Part shown: positions 40,566 through 50,477 of the stretch, piece by piece
Position numbering within the stretch: the stretch's first letter is position 1
Layout: each line of letters starts with the position of its first letter
Source: Verrucomicrobiia bacterium
GTDB lineage: Bacteria; Verrucomicrobiota; Verrucomicrobiia; Limisphaerales; UBA1319
DNA length: 64,000 bases
Assembly (NCBI GenBank): GCA_963664225.1
Contig: OY760937.1
Location: forward strand, 4,256,001-4,320,000
Direction: 5' to 3'
Notes under the pieces: generated by a model
The model's database searches: none
Told to the model about the DNA's origin: nothing
What the model saw: the letters and a program-made list of their open reading frames with translations, nothing else
Made by a program: the position numbers and the translations under genes

Positions 40566-43500
40566 TTATTCCTCCTCGGAAAACAGGTAGGTCAAATCCT
40601 GCTTCGACAGGCTGCGAGCGAAACCTTCCTCGCCCAGCACATCGGCGATGGTCTGGGATTTTTTGTGCTGCAACTCCCAGATTTTTTCCTCAACTGTTCC
40701 CGGCGCGATCAGGCGGTAGGCGATCACGGTTTGAGTCTGGCCAATGCGGTGGGAGCGGTCGATGGCCTGGGCTTCGACGGCTGGATTCCACCAGGGATCG
40801 TAGAGAACCACGTAACTGGCCGAGGTGAGATTGAGGCCGGTTCCGGCCGCTCGCAGACTGAGCAGAAAGACGCCCGCCTGCGAGTCGGACTGAAACGCCT
40901 GCACCACATCCTGGCGCTGTTTGGTGGCGCCGGTCAGCATGTGGGTCGGGATATGGCGCGCCTTGCATTCCTGCTCGAGAAGGTTGAGCATCTGCACGAA
41001 CTGGCTGAAGACCAGGACTTTTTGTCCCTCGGCAAGCAAGGGTTCCAGCAATTCGAAAAGGGTCTCGGTTTTTCCCGAAATGGCGTCGCTGCCGACCAAC
41101 TGGGGATGGCAGCAAATCTGACGCAACCGGGTGAGGGCGGCCAGGACGTGGATTTTGCTTTGGGCCAAACCCTTCTCGGCGACCGTGTTCATGATCTGGT
41201 CGCGGCTGCGGCGCAATTCGGAGAGATAGAGTTTTCGTTGCGCCTCGCCCAGTTCGCAATCGCGCCGTTCTTCGATGCGATCCGGCAGATCGCGCGCGAC
41301 CTGTTTTTTCAAACGCCGCAAAAGCAGCGGGCGCAAGCGGGCGGAAAGTCGGCGGCGATTGATGCGAATCGTCTCTTCCGCAGCGCCGGGCGAGTCGTAT
41401 TTCTGGTTGAAATCCGCCTGGGTGCCAAGATAACCCGGCTGCACAAAATCCATGATGCTCCACAGATCGAGCATTCTGTTCTCTAGCGGCGTGCCGGTGA
41501 GGGCCAGCCGGTAATCACCGCGCAGTTGTTTGACCGATTGGGTCACTTGCGCTGAAGGATTTTTAATGAACTGGGCTTCGTCGAGGATGATCGCGCGGAA
41601 CGCGAATTTCTGGAGGGCGGCCAGGTCGCGCCGCAGGATGGCGTAGTTGGTGACGATGATGTCGTGCTGGGGTATTTGCTGACGCAGATTATGCCGCGCG
41701 GGACCGCTTTGGAGCACCAGGACCTTTAATTCAGGCGCGAAGCGGTTGGATTCCCGTCGCCAATTGTGGAGGACGGAAGCGGGGCAAATGACCAGGGAGG
41801 GCTTATGAATGGCGCCCGGGCGTTGTTTATGCCAGCAGAGCCAGGCCAGGGTTTGCAGGGTCTTGCCCAGACCCATGTCGTCCGCCAGAACGCCGCCCAG
41901 GTTCAACCGGCTCAGGTGGCACAGGAAATCGAAACCCTCCTTCTGGTAAGGACGCAGATCGGCAATGACGCCCTCAGGCAGAGCCACGGGCGCAACGCCG
42001 GAGAAGTGGGTCAGTTGTTTCTTGAGTTTGTCCACTTCGCCCTGATTGGCAAACAGGTTCAAGGCCCCTTCGTCGAGATGCGTGCCATGGACCATGTCCA
42101 CCTTCTGATCTAGGGGGCTAAGACCGTCGATACCCAGGTCGGCCATCGTTTCATGAGCGGCGAGGACGGCCTCCAAATCCAGCTCCACCCAGCCGCTGTC
42201 GGGCAATTCCACAAAGCGGCCTGTCGAGGTGGACAGACGTTCGAGATCTGCTGGGGTGAGCTTCATGCCCTCACGTTCCCATTCCGTGGAAACAGTGAAC
42301 CAATCGATGCCGCTGCCCTGGAGCATGAGGCGTGGGCGCAGTTTATGCGGGGTCAGAAACAGCCGTTGAAAGGCGGGATTTCCGAGATACTCGGCGGCGG
42401 CGGGGCGCTCGGGCCAGGCGGCGGCCAGACTGTTTAGGAACCATTCGTGGGCGTCCCCGGTCCAGAGTCCGGGTTCAGGAGTGAACCAATCCAGTCGGCG
42501 CAACCATTTTACGGCGGGATCCAGACGCGCATCGTCCAGGAACTCGGGTTTTTCCTGAGTGCGAAACTCGCTCGAATTGATCTGCCAATCATGGCCATTC
42601 CATTGCCAGAGGCTCTGGTCGCGATCGCTGCGGGCCATCAAGCGCAGGCGCACCGTGTCCTCTGCCAGCTCAAAAACAAACTGTGGCACGGCCGGATGAG
42701 ACACGCAGACGCGGTTCCAATCCGTGCCATTGGCGCCCTGAAAATGGCGCAGTTGAGCCAGAAACCGGTGACTGAGTTTTTTTACGGAAACGCGCCCTGC
42801 CTCGAGCCATTGGTTTAAAAGTGCGGAAGGAGGGGCGTCGCGCAAAAGGTAAACGGTATTTCCCGAGAGCAACAGGGCCGGAGTTCCCGCAAAGAAACGC
42901 GGTGCGTCCAGGGTCAGAACTTCGCCTGTGGACAAGACCACTTGATGAGTGAAAGCGAGGTCGTCCCCATTTTCGATCAAATCCGGTTTAAGATCCGCAA
43001 TATTACCGCGAAATTCCAAAGGACGGCTGTCCGGCAGCAATTCCAGGCGTTGGGATCCGCCCCAACGGGCGAGCCATTGCAGAAGTTCGATTCCGGAGAG
43101 GCGCAGGGCAGGGGTCCCGGGCTGGGCCGTGGGATGAAGCCGTTCGTGCGGTTGGTGATCGGCGAGCCACTGGATGAAGGTCCAATCGGCCTGGGTAAAC
43201 AGCTCCTGCTCGTGAGTCGAGCGATTGACCAGGTCGGTCAGTTCGGGGACGGTCTTAATCTTCTCGCCGGTTCGGGGACGGAACAGCGAGAAGCGAACGA
43301 CCATTTCGAACAAACCGGACAGCTCGGCGGCAGGTTCCACCGAGCAAAGCACCCGCAATGCGGCCCGTGGCGCATCGAGATGGTTTGGGGCGGGAGGAAA
43401 GAGCCATTGCTCGAGATCGCCGATGAATCGCTGCTCCTGTTCGGCCCGGTCGATTTCCGCCAGGCGATCCATGTTGGCTGCGGGCAGCAATTCGCCGGGT

Positions 43501-43808
43501 AAAGGGCGGCGCGCGCGCAGGAAGAGCAGGGCCAGCGCTTCCAAACGCCCCTGGCCGCGGGCGGCGAGCAATTTGGGCCACCAGTCCGCGCCGTTGAAAT
43601 CCTTGCGAGTCAGGGAGAGCTTGCCGAAATAATCCTCGAGCAGCAGCCATGCGCGCTGCGAATCCTCGCAAGTGGCAAACGCATTGAGCAGGTCCGTTCG
43701 CTCGGCGATTGAGGTTCGCGAATCCGAGAGCTCGCGCCGCAAATCAGCAAGGGCGCCGTACGTTTTATCCAGTACGGAATTTTGAGCATCATATTTGGCT
43801 TGGCCCAT
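40566..43808 (-). CDS. SNF2-family DNA helicase/translocase
   Basis: LRPYQ, LADDMGLGKT, DEAQFIKN, LTGTPLEN, GLNLT, DPWWNPAVEAQAIDRSHRIGQ. Confidence 0.93.
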   Translation of the reverse strand: MGQAKYDAQNSVLDKTYGALADLRRELSDSRTSIAERTDLLNAFATCEDSQRAWLLLEDYFGKLSLTRKDFNGADWWPKLLAARGQGRLEALALLFLRARRPLPGELLPAANMDRLAEIDRAEQEQRFIGDLEQWLFPPAPNHLDAPRAALRVLCSVEPAAELSGLFEMVVRFSLFRPRTGEKIKTVPELTDLVNRSTHEQELFTQADWTFIQWLADHQPHERLHPTAQPGTPALRLSGIELLQWLARWGGSQRLELLPDSRPLEFRGNIADLKPDLIENGDDLAFTHQVVLSTGEVLTLDAPRFFAGTPALLLSGNTVYLLRDAPPSALLNQWLEAGRVSVKKLSHRFLAQLRHFQGANGTDWNRVCVSHPAVPQFVFELAEDTVRLRLMARSDRDQSLWQWNGHDWQINSSEFRTQEKPEFLDDARLDPAVKWLRRLDWFTPEPGLWTGDAHEWFLNSLAAAWPERPAAAEYLGNPAFQRLFLTPHKLRPRLMLQGSGIDWFTVSTEWEREGMKLTPADLERLSTSTGRFVELPDSGWVELDLEAVLAAHETMADLGIDGLSPLDQKVDMVHGTHLDEGALNLFANQGEVDKLKKQLTHFSGVAPVALPEGVIADLRPYQKEGFDFLCHLSRLNLGGVLADDMGLGKTLQTLAWLCWHKQRPGAIHKPSLVICPASVLHNWRRESNRFAPELKVLVLQSGPARHNLRQQIPQHDIIVTNYAILRRDLAALQKFAFRAIILDEAQFIKNPSAQVTQSVKQLRGDYRLALTGTPLENRMLDLWSIMDFVQPGYLGTQADFNQKYDSPGAAEETIRINRRRLSARLRPLLLRRLKKQVARDLPDRIEERRDCELGEAQRKLYLSELRRSRDQIMNTVAEKGLAQSKIHVLAALTRLRQICCHPQLVGSDAISGKTETLFELLEPLLAEGQKVLVFSQFVQMLNLLEQECKARHIPTHMLTGATKQRQDVVQAFQSDSQAGVFLLSLRAAGTGLNLTSASYVVLYDPWWNPAVEAQAIDRSHRIGQTQTVIAYRLIAPGTVEEKIWELQHKKSQTIADVLGEEGFARSLSKQDLTYLFSEEE

Positions 43809-44049
43809 CGCCCCTGAACCCTGCCCATTCTTTCGCGCGTACCGTGCCATTATAAATCCACACAATGCATTCTTATCATCTCCGCATAAAATGGTCTTTG
43901 GGGTCAATCCGAAAGCAAAAGAAAATGGTTCATCGAGATTCCCATCCTAACGTGGACATGGCGCTTTGGGTCAGGAACGGAATCGACGGAGGCACCTTTG
44001 ATAATATCATAACTATCTTCAATCAAGACAGTTACAAATATTAATGCTT

Positions 44050-46890
44050 TTAAATGGAGGGTGATTGCGAGGCCGGAACCTTTCTAAATCGCCCCAAGGC
44101 CAGAGAGATGGCCCGGCCGAATTCGCAGAAAAGAAACATTCCGGCGAGCATTCCGAGGGTCATGCCCGCGTAAGAAAGAAGGACGGGAGAGATCGTTGTA
44201 GTGCCAATCCAATGCATCAGAACCTGGTTTCCGTAACTCATTCCCAAGATCATGCCAAGACCTGAGAGGATGCCCAGGGGCCAGCGGCCCAAGCGGAGAA
44301 CAGGCTTTTCCGGCGCTGCCAACATGGGGGGAAGGCCGAAAGCAAGCATGCCTAAGTTCATCCATGGCATGTTGGTAAAGCTCATCAGGCTGAATCTGGC
44401 CGTGGCGCAATGGACGCAACCCGCCACTCCCGAGGCAAATCCGCTGTCCGCCCACCAGCCCAAAAGCATGCCCCAATTTCCCAGTCCGAGCATTGCGAAG
44501 GCCATGAAGGCAATGCGCCTCCATTCGGGATTGCGCGCGCGCCAGGCGATGATTCCAACGCCCATCAGAGCAAAAATGAGCAGAGTCAAAACGGCCTCAA
44601 GCCCTTTGATCTGACCGAAATAGATCAGGAACGGGGCTTGCAAGGCCAATAATGCTCCCTGAATGATTTGCCAGCGCGCGTCAGCTTTCAAGGATGCCGA
44701 CACTGCGGCATGGAGTGAATTTGTTCCAGACGATTTCAACGGGGTGGCTTTGGCAAAGGCGGCTGGCACCGCACAGCAATTCACACGCTCGGCTGCACGC
44801 AAGGACCTCCAGGAAACGGTGAAGCTGGAAATCACCATGAGCAATGCGGCGGCCACCGGATGGAGCAGACCGGAGGCGGCGAGAGTCATGCCGAGGAGGT
44901 TGTAGCCTGCGGCAAAGAGAAGGTTGGTTTGGATGGCATCGCGCACCTGTCGTGAAAGGGCCAGAGCCCAGGGGACCACCCGTAAATCGCCACCATAAAG
45001 CAGCGCTCCAGCCCAGGCCGTGGTCACTCCCGCGCCGTGCGCCAGGGCGATTCCGACGGTTGCCGCACGCATGGCGGGTGCGTCATTGATTCCATCGCCC
45101 ACATAGCCGACACGATGCCCGGTCTTTTCCAACGCCGCCACGCGCCGCGCTTTTTCACCGGGCGTCAGACCGGCCTCGATTGCAATGTCGGCGGGCAATG
45201 GGATCGAGCGCGTCGCGCCATCTCCGGTCATCACGGCGCAGTTGATGCCCAGTGGTACCAGCATTGCCATGGCCTCGGCGGCAGTGTCCCGGAGGCGTTC
45301 GCTCACTGCGGCAATGGCACGCAGGCGTCCATCCACCTCCACATGAATCAAACGATCACTTGGCGTTCTGCGGAGTCGGGTCATTAAATCCGCTTCGCCC
45401 TCCAGATGTACCATGAGTTCCCGGCGACCGATGCGCAAATAATGTTCGTCTCCGTGGGTGGATTTGATCCAAGCCTCGATGCCGAGAGCGGGAACGATTT
45501 TGACTTGTTCGACCTGATAGACGAAGGCTGGCTCATGGCCATGGGCTGATTGAAAGGCGCGCGCCACAGGATGCGGGCTGGCCTCCTGCACCGCCTGCAA
45601 CTGATCGAGAACTTTTCGGCGGTCCTCCACCGAACCGACCGCGACCACATCCACCAACGAAAGCCGTTCTTCGCTCAGGGTGCCGGTTTTATCGAACACC
45701 AGGCGATCCACGGTGGCCAGACGCTCCAATTCATCGCCTCCGCGCAACACCAGGCCGCGCGCGGCCATGGCGGCCAGTCCGCTCCAAATGGCCACGGGCG
45801 TCGCCAGACCCATGGCACAGGGACAGGCCACGAGAAGCACGGACATGGCATTGAACAGACCCTGATGCCAGCCCGCCTGCCAGGTCCATCCAACAAATAC
45901 AACCAGGGAAACGGTCAGGGTCAAAGGCAGAAACCAGCGGACCAGTTTATCGGCCTGAGCCTGTAAACGGCAGGGACCTTCCCGCGCGGTGGCCAGGGCT
46001 GCGAGCAGTCCATCCAACCGGCGTTGGTTGCCTGATGCCGTGGCCTCGATGCGCAGTTCTCCATCTTCAGAATAAGAGCCGGCAAACACGTTGTCACCGC
46101 ATCGGCGCACCGCAGGAAAGGGCTCACCGGTCAGCGGCGTCTCACATACGAATGCCTCCCCCTGAACTATCCGACCATCGATGGGAATCGGCTGACCGGC
46201 CAGCACGCGCACCAGATCGCCAAGGCAAATCGAGGCGGCGGGGACTTCCTGCCAGGAACCATCCGGCGCCATTTTCTGACAGGTTTCAAAGGCGCGCTGA
46301 AGCTGACGCGTTTCCGCCAGCGCACGCGCGCGGGATTGCGCTCCGAGGGTTTTGCCCACCGCATAGACTGTGACCAGAACGGCGGCCACTTCGTAATAAA
46401 CGGGGCCGGAGCCGGAGAGGGTGCTGAAAACCGAAGCGCCCAGTGCCCCGACGATTCCAGCAAGAAAGAGCAGTTCGATGGAGATGCGTCGCGCCTGGAT
46501 TTCCTCGATGGCAGAGCGGAACAACGGTCGCCCCAGAATCACCAGAGCCGCCACGCTGGACAGCGCCAATGCACCATGGAGCAAGCCGCGCACGGGTCCG
46601 GTTGGTGGCGCGAGACTCACGGCCAATCCCAGGAGCATTCCCTGGACGGCCAGGGCCGCACCCACGGCGATTTTGAACCACGGCGTTGCATCGGCTGCGG
46701 CTGCGTTCGCAGTGTGATGGGCCGATTCGCCAAGCACTCGGCAGCCGTAGCAACAAAAACGGGGTGCGTTCAGGTCTTTTTGAGAAGAAGCGGACGGGTG
46801 TTTGGGCAGCGGCGCGCCGCAATAGGCACACGTTGACAGTGGCGCTGCGGAGGAGGGGGCGGTCCTGGGTGATTCAGGGTTCTGGCTCAT
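44050..46890 (-). CDS. Heavy-metal P1B-type ATPase (CcoI/FixI-like) with an extra C-terminal membrane domain
   Basis: CAYC..FCCYGC, TGEP, ACPCAMGLATP, DKTGT, HP, GDGINDA; located after the cco genes. Confidence 0.88.
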   Translation of the reverse strand: MSQNPESPRTAPSSAAPLSTCAYCGAPLPKHPSASSQKDLNAPRFCCYGCRVLGESAHHTANAAAADATPWFKIAVGAALAVQGMLLGLAVSLAPPTGPVRGLLHGALALSSVAALVILGRPLFRSAIEEIQARRISIELLFLAGIVGALGASVFSTLSGSGPVYYEVAAVLVTVYAVGKTLGAQSRARALAETRQLQRAFETCQKMAPDGSWQEVPAASICLGDLVRVLAGQPIPIDGRIVQGEAFVCETPLTGEPFPAVRRCGDNVFAGSYSEDGELRIEATASGNQRRLDGLLAALATAREGPCRLQAQADKLVRWFLPLTLTVSLVVFVGWTWQAGWHQGLFNAMSVLLVACPCAMGLATPVAIWSGLAAMAARGLVLRGGDELERLATVDRLVFDKTGTLSEERLSLVDVVAVGSVEDRRKVLDQLQAVQEASPHPVARAFQSAHGHEPAFVYQVEQVKIVPALGIEAWIKSTHGDEHYLRIGRRELMVHLEGEADLMTRLRRTPSDRLIHVEVDGRLRAIAAVSERLRDTAAEAMAMLVPLGINCAVMTGDGATRSIPLPADIAIEAGLTPGEKARRVAALEKTGHRVGYVGDGINDAPAMRAATVGIALAHGAGVTTAWAGALLYGGDLRVVPWALALSRQVRDAIQTNLLFAAGYNLLGMTLAASGLLHPVAAALLMVISSFTVSWRSLRAAERVNCCAVPAAFAKATPLKSSGTNSLHAAVSASLKADARWQIIQGALLALQAPFLIYFGQIKGLEAVLTLLIFALMGVGIIAWRARNPEWRRIAFMAFAMLGLGNWGMLLGWWADSGFASGVAGCVHCATARFSLMSFTNMPWMNLGMLAFGLPPMLAAPEKPVLRLGRWPLGILSGLGMILGMSYGNQVLMHWIGTTTISPVLLSYAGMTLGMLAGMFLFCEFGRAISLALGRFRKVPASQSPSI

Positions 46891-47557
46891 GCTCAGGAAT
46901 GGCGAGCAATTCAGGGGCGGTCCAGGCGCCGGCGGCCGCGTGGCTCATGGTCTTCTTGCGAATGTTGGCGACCTCATCAGCGGCGACCGGCGCTGCTGTG
47001 TTTCCCCATTCCTTTTGACCGCGCACATACGTGAGCACAGCGGCGATTTGCGTGTCGTTAAGGGCATCGCGCCACGGTACCATGACATTATCGAAATTCA
47101 ATCCCTTCACCGAGATGGGTCCATGCAAGCCATCCAGAACGATGCGGATGATGCGCGCCGTGCCCGGGGTCAGCAGCCATTCCGAGCCAACCAACGGTGG
47201 ATATTGGCCGGGAACGCCCAGTCCGTCGGGTTGGTGGCATTTCACGCAGGTGTTCTCGAAGATGCGTTTGCCCAGGACGTAGGGATCGATGTTTTGGACG
47301 GCGTTGGTGGCGCTGTTGATTCCCAGACTTTCCTCGTTGAAAACGGACGGATCGTAATTGCCGCTATAGCGTTGGACGTAGATGCCGCTGCCAAACAAAA
47401 ACAAGCCCACAAAAGTGAGAATCCAGAGCGACAGCGGACGGTGCACTTCATCGGGCCGCGCATAGTCGCGGGGATCGGATGGGGAGAGGTCGATTTGTCC
47501 CCACGCGCGGCCTTTGTTGGGAGCATTCTCAGGAGATTGTTGCGTGGGCGGATTCAT
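46874..47557 (-). CDS. Membrane-anchored monoheme cytochrome c (CcoP-like)
   Basis: One TM helix, CVKCH, YPPL.GS, Met ligand in VMVPW. Confidence 0.85.
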   Translation of the reverse strand: MNPPTQQSPENAPNKGRAWGQIDLSPSDPRDYARPDEVHRPLSLWILTFVGLFLFGSGIYVQRYSGNYDPSVFNEESLGINSATNAVQNIDPYVLGKRIFENTCVKCHQPDGLGVPGQYPPLVGSEWLLTPGTARIIRIVLDGLHGPISVKGLNFDNVMVPWRDALNDTQIAAVLTYVRGQKEWGNTAAPVAADEVANIRKKTMSHAAAGAWTAPELLAIPEHEPEP

Positions 47558-48165
47558 TTGGCTTCGGGCAAGGGCGCGTTTGCCTTCAGACTGAGCAGAT
47601 ATTCCACCAATGCCCTGGCATCCGGGCCGGGGACGACTTCATAACCGGGTTTTGGGGCATATTCCGGAGGCAGCTGCAAGGCGTCAGGCGAGCCACGACC
47701 CTTGATGGGGCGTTCGACAAACAAGAATGGCAACGACGGCATGATCGAGCCTTTGGAAGTGATGCGCGGGTCGTAGAGGTGGAGATAATGCCAGTTCGCG
47801 CTGGCCTGTCGGACTCCAATATTGCTGAGGTCCGGTCCGGTGCGCATGGTGCCGAGCATCACCGGTTTGTCATACAAATAATCGCGGGTGACCGTCCGGC
47901 GCTGGCCCCACCCGCGGGCGATGTCCGCGCCGTAACCCTCCCGGCGCACCTGCTGGGTATGGCAATAGACGCAGCCGTTGGCCCGGTAAACGCCCATGCC
48001 CTGTTCCGCCAGTCCGGGTCGGCGTTGTGGATAATACTGGCCGGTTTCCTCGATCTTGAGCGCCTCCTGGCGTCCGAACTGGAGATGGGGAATGAGCACC
48101 AGTCCGCACCAAGAGGATGCAACGGTCAGAAATATTCCCAAAAATAAGAGCGGTCCGTAATTCAT
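47554..48165 (-). CDS. ccoO: cbb3-type cytochrome c oxidase subunit II
   Basis: GCVYCHTQQVR, RTGPDL, HLYDPR, SIMP. Confidence 0.92.
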   Translation of the reverse strand: MNYGPLLFLGIFLTVASSWCGLVLIPHLQFGRQEALKIEETGQYYPQRRPGLAEQGMGVYRANGCVYCHTQQVRREGYGADIARGWGQRRTVTRDYLYDKPVMLGTMRTGPDLSNIGVRQASANWHYLHLYDPRITSKGSIMPSLPFLFVERPIKGRGSPDALQLPPEYAPKPGYEVVPGPDARALVEYLLSLKANAPLPEAK

Positions 48166-49646
48166 ACCGTGGCCAGTGCGGGTTGCATGCGAATCGCGCG
48201 CGCGGTTTGAACGGATCGCGCAAGGATCCACAGGAAATTAATTCCAAAGGCAATATGTCCGACAAACAGCATGATGCCCGAGGCAGAGCGGATCATAAGG
48301 TAGGGAACCGTCAGGGAGACGACGCTGTATTTCACCGGATCGACAAATGGAATATCCGGGTTGGTCATTGCGATTCCTTCGAGCACGCCGCCAATGGTCA
48401 GCGGCACAATGTAAAGAGTGATACCCAGAGCGGCCGCCCAGAAATGCAGGCTGATCAAACGCGCCGAGGGCCATTCCACTTTCAAGAGCCGTGGCATGAT
48501 GTAGTAGATTGCGCCAAACATGACCATCGTGAAAAAGGCGTACATGCCCTGGTGCGCGTGCGCGATGGTGGAATGGGTGAAGTGGGTCACTTCACTCACC
48601 GAGCGCAACGCGAGCAGAATTCCGTGCAAACTGGTGATGGTATAGCTCATGCCGCCAAAAACCATGAACCGCAGAACCGGGCTTTCCTTAAGAAGGTGGA
48701 AGCTGCCCCACATCGTGAAGTGATGGTTGATCGCCACCGTCACCACCGGAACGGTCATCATGATGCTGGCCACCACGCTGACCGTGATCAGCCACGCGGG
48801 CATGGGGCCGCCCACCAGGTGATGCATCCCATTCCAATTATAAAACAGGGCCAGTGACCAGAATCCGAGCACGGAGAGCGAGTAATTGTAAACCGGCTTC
48901 CCGATGACCTTGGGAATGAAATAGTAAATGCTCGCCAGACCGATGGGCGTGATCCAAAGCCCCAGCACATTGTGCGCAAACCACCAATTGACGGCCGCCT
49001 GAACCGTTCCGCGCACCGGATCGAGAACCAGAAGGATTTGCGCCGCTGAATAAATCCACGGGAACCAAAATAGAGCGCCGAACAAATACCATTGCGAGAC
49101 GTACAGATGGGGTTCCCTGCGAAAACGAAAAGTGACGATGCCCCATAGCGCAATCAACCCAAACGAAATAAAGAGTAATGGCGTGGCGTATGCGGGTATT
49201 TCGAGCCACTCCATGCCTGAGCTGCCTCCAGCGAAAATGGCGAAAATGCCAACCGCCACCCCGATGTTCCAGAAGACTCCCGCCAGGTTGGCGATCCATC
49301 CATGCATCAGCGGCACCCGGCAGAGACGGGACATCAGCCACAGGGAGACGCCCACGCCCGCCTGTGAGCCAAAGCCATAGACCATGGCGTTCAAATGGAC
49401 CGGACGCACGCGACCAAAAGTCAGCCAGGAGGCGCTTGTGAGAAACTCCGGCGAATGCATTTTCCAGGAGGCGATCAGGGCGAAAATGGATCCGAACATG
49501 AGCCAGAAGAGGCTGGCGGTAAAAAGGAGTAACAAAGTCGGGCGACACGAGGCGTCGATCTCCGCCAGGGTGGCACGGCTGTACTCGGATTCATCGACAT
49601 CGGTGGGTCGCAGGGCGTCGATGATGGAGGGGTTATCAGGCTTCAT
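48162..49646 (-). CDS. ccoN: cbb3-type cytochrome c oxidase subunit I
   Basis: FGRVRPVHLN, WWFAHN, FYNWNGMHHL, AHAH. Confidence 0.93.
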   Translation of the reverse strand: MKPDNPSIIDALRPTDVDESEYSRATLAEIDASCRPTLLLLFTASLFWLMFGSIFALIASWKMHSPEFLTSASWLTFGRVRPVHLNAMVYGFGSQAGVGVSLWLMSRLCRVPLMHGWIANLAGVFWNIGVAVGIFAIFAGGSSGMEWLEIPAYATPLLFISFGLIALWGIVTFRFRREPHLYVSQWYLFGALFWFPWIYSAAQILLVLDPVRGTVQAAVNWWFAHNVLGLWITPIGLASIYYFIPKVIGKPVYNYSLSVLGFWSLALFYNWNGMHHLVGGPMPAWLITVSVVASIMMTVPVVTVAINHHFTMWGSFHLLKESPVLRFMVFGGMSYTITSLHGILLALRSVSEVTHFTHSTIAHAHQGMYAFFTMVMFGAIYYIMPRLLKVEWPSARLISLHFWAAALGITLYIVPLTIGGVLEGIAMTNPDIPFVDPVKYSVVSLTVPYLMIRSASGIMLFVGHIAFGINFLWILARSVQTARAIRMQPALATV

Positions 49647-49648
49647 GA

Positions 49649-49879
49649 TTATGTCCCTTGGGGACCGTCCTCAGAGTCCGGGGTTTGATTGGGCTTCCTA
49701 GTATTGCGTGGGAAATGATCTGTCACCTGGCCGACCGGTTCCTCGTCATCGAAAATGGAGAGGGCGGTTTTTTGCAAATGCGAAAATTCACCATGACGCA
49801 AGGCCCAGCGCAGCGCCAGTAATGCCACAGTCGGCAACACCACCAAGCTGAAAATAAAAAGAATCCAGAGTACGCTCAT
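49649..49879 (-). CDS. ccoS: cbb3 oxidase assembly protein CcoS-like
   Basis: Single TM followed by WALRHGEF...SIFDDEEP. Confidence 0.75.
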   Translation of the reverse strand: MSVLWILFIFSLVVLPTVALLALRWALRHGEFSHLQKTALSIFDDEEPVGQVTDHFPRNTRKPNQTPDSEDGPQGT

Positions 49880-50024
49880 ATCGTTTCCACGCTTATCCCA
49901 ATTGCGGCAATTCCTCTCGATCAATGCATGGAACACACAGGGCACGCCGTGTTCGTATAACCGCCAAACTGAAGCCTGCGTCAAAACTTTGCTGTGATCG
50001 TTTCATATATTCTCGGGGCTGCTT

Positions 50025-50477
50025 TTATTTCGTTGCGGCCGCCGCATTGGTGGCATTGGTTTTTGGCGCAACGGTAGCGTTGGTCGTTGGCACGGTGCCG
50101 GGCGCGTTGGTCGCTGGAGCATTGGTTGCAGGTACGGGCGGAGCAGCGAAGTCCGCCCTAACGATCATGTTCGAACGTGCCATAGCCGGGTTCTGCCATT
50201 CCTTGATGGTGAGTTCGATGGCCCGGTCAATGGGCAGTCGCACCACGCCTTTGTTTTGGTCGATCCAGCCATAGTTCTCGAGCAGGTCGAGGTTCTGGGC
50301 GCTCAGTTCGGCGAGGTTGCGTTTGCGTTCCGCCCAATGGGCCTCGTCCACCCTGGGAGGAGGTGCGACATGATACATGACCCAGATCAAAGCGGCCAAA
50401 ATCAAGAGCATGCCCCCGGCGGCAATTGCGTTGATGGCCACCTTCACCCGGATGTTTGGCGCGTCGTTCATACTCAC
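50025..50477 (-). CDS. Small single-TM ACIII-associated protein (ActG-like) with a TNA-repeat tail
   Basis: YGWIDQNKGVVRLPIDRAIEL; directly downstream of actF. Confidence 0.7.
   Translation of the reverse strand: MSMNDAPNIRVKVAINAIAAGGMLLILAALIWVMYHVAPPPRVDEAHWAERKRNLAELSAQNLDLLENYGWIDQNKGVVRLPIDRAIELTIKEWQNPAMARSNMIVRADFAAPPVPATNAPATNAPGTVPTTNATVAPKTNATNAAAATK

Noticed and set aside
43999..44017. TGATAATATCA palindrome, Fur-box-like
   Set aside because: Poor fit to the 19-bp consensus and no iron-related downstream gene
49880..50024. FNR/Crp box before ccoS-ccoN
   Set aside because: Only half-sites (TTGAT, TGTGA) without a correctly spaced partner
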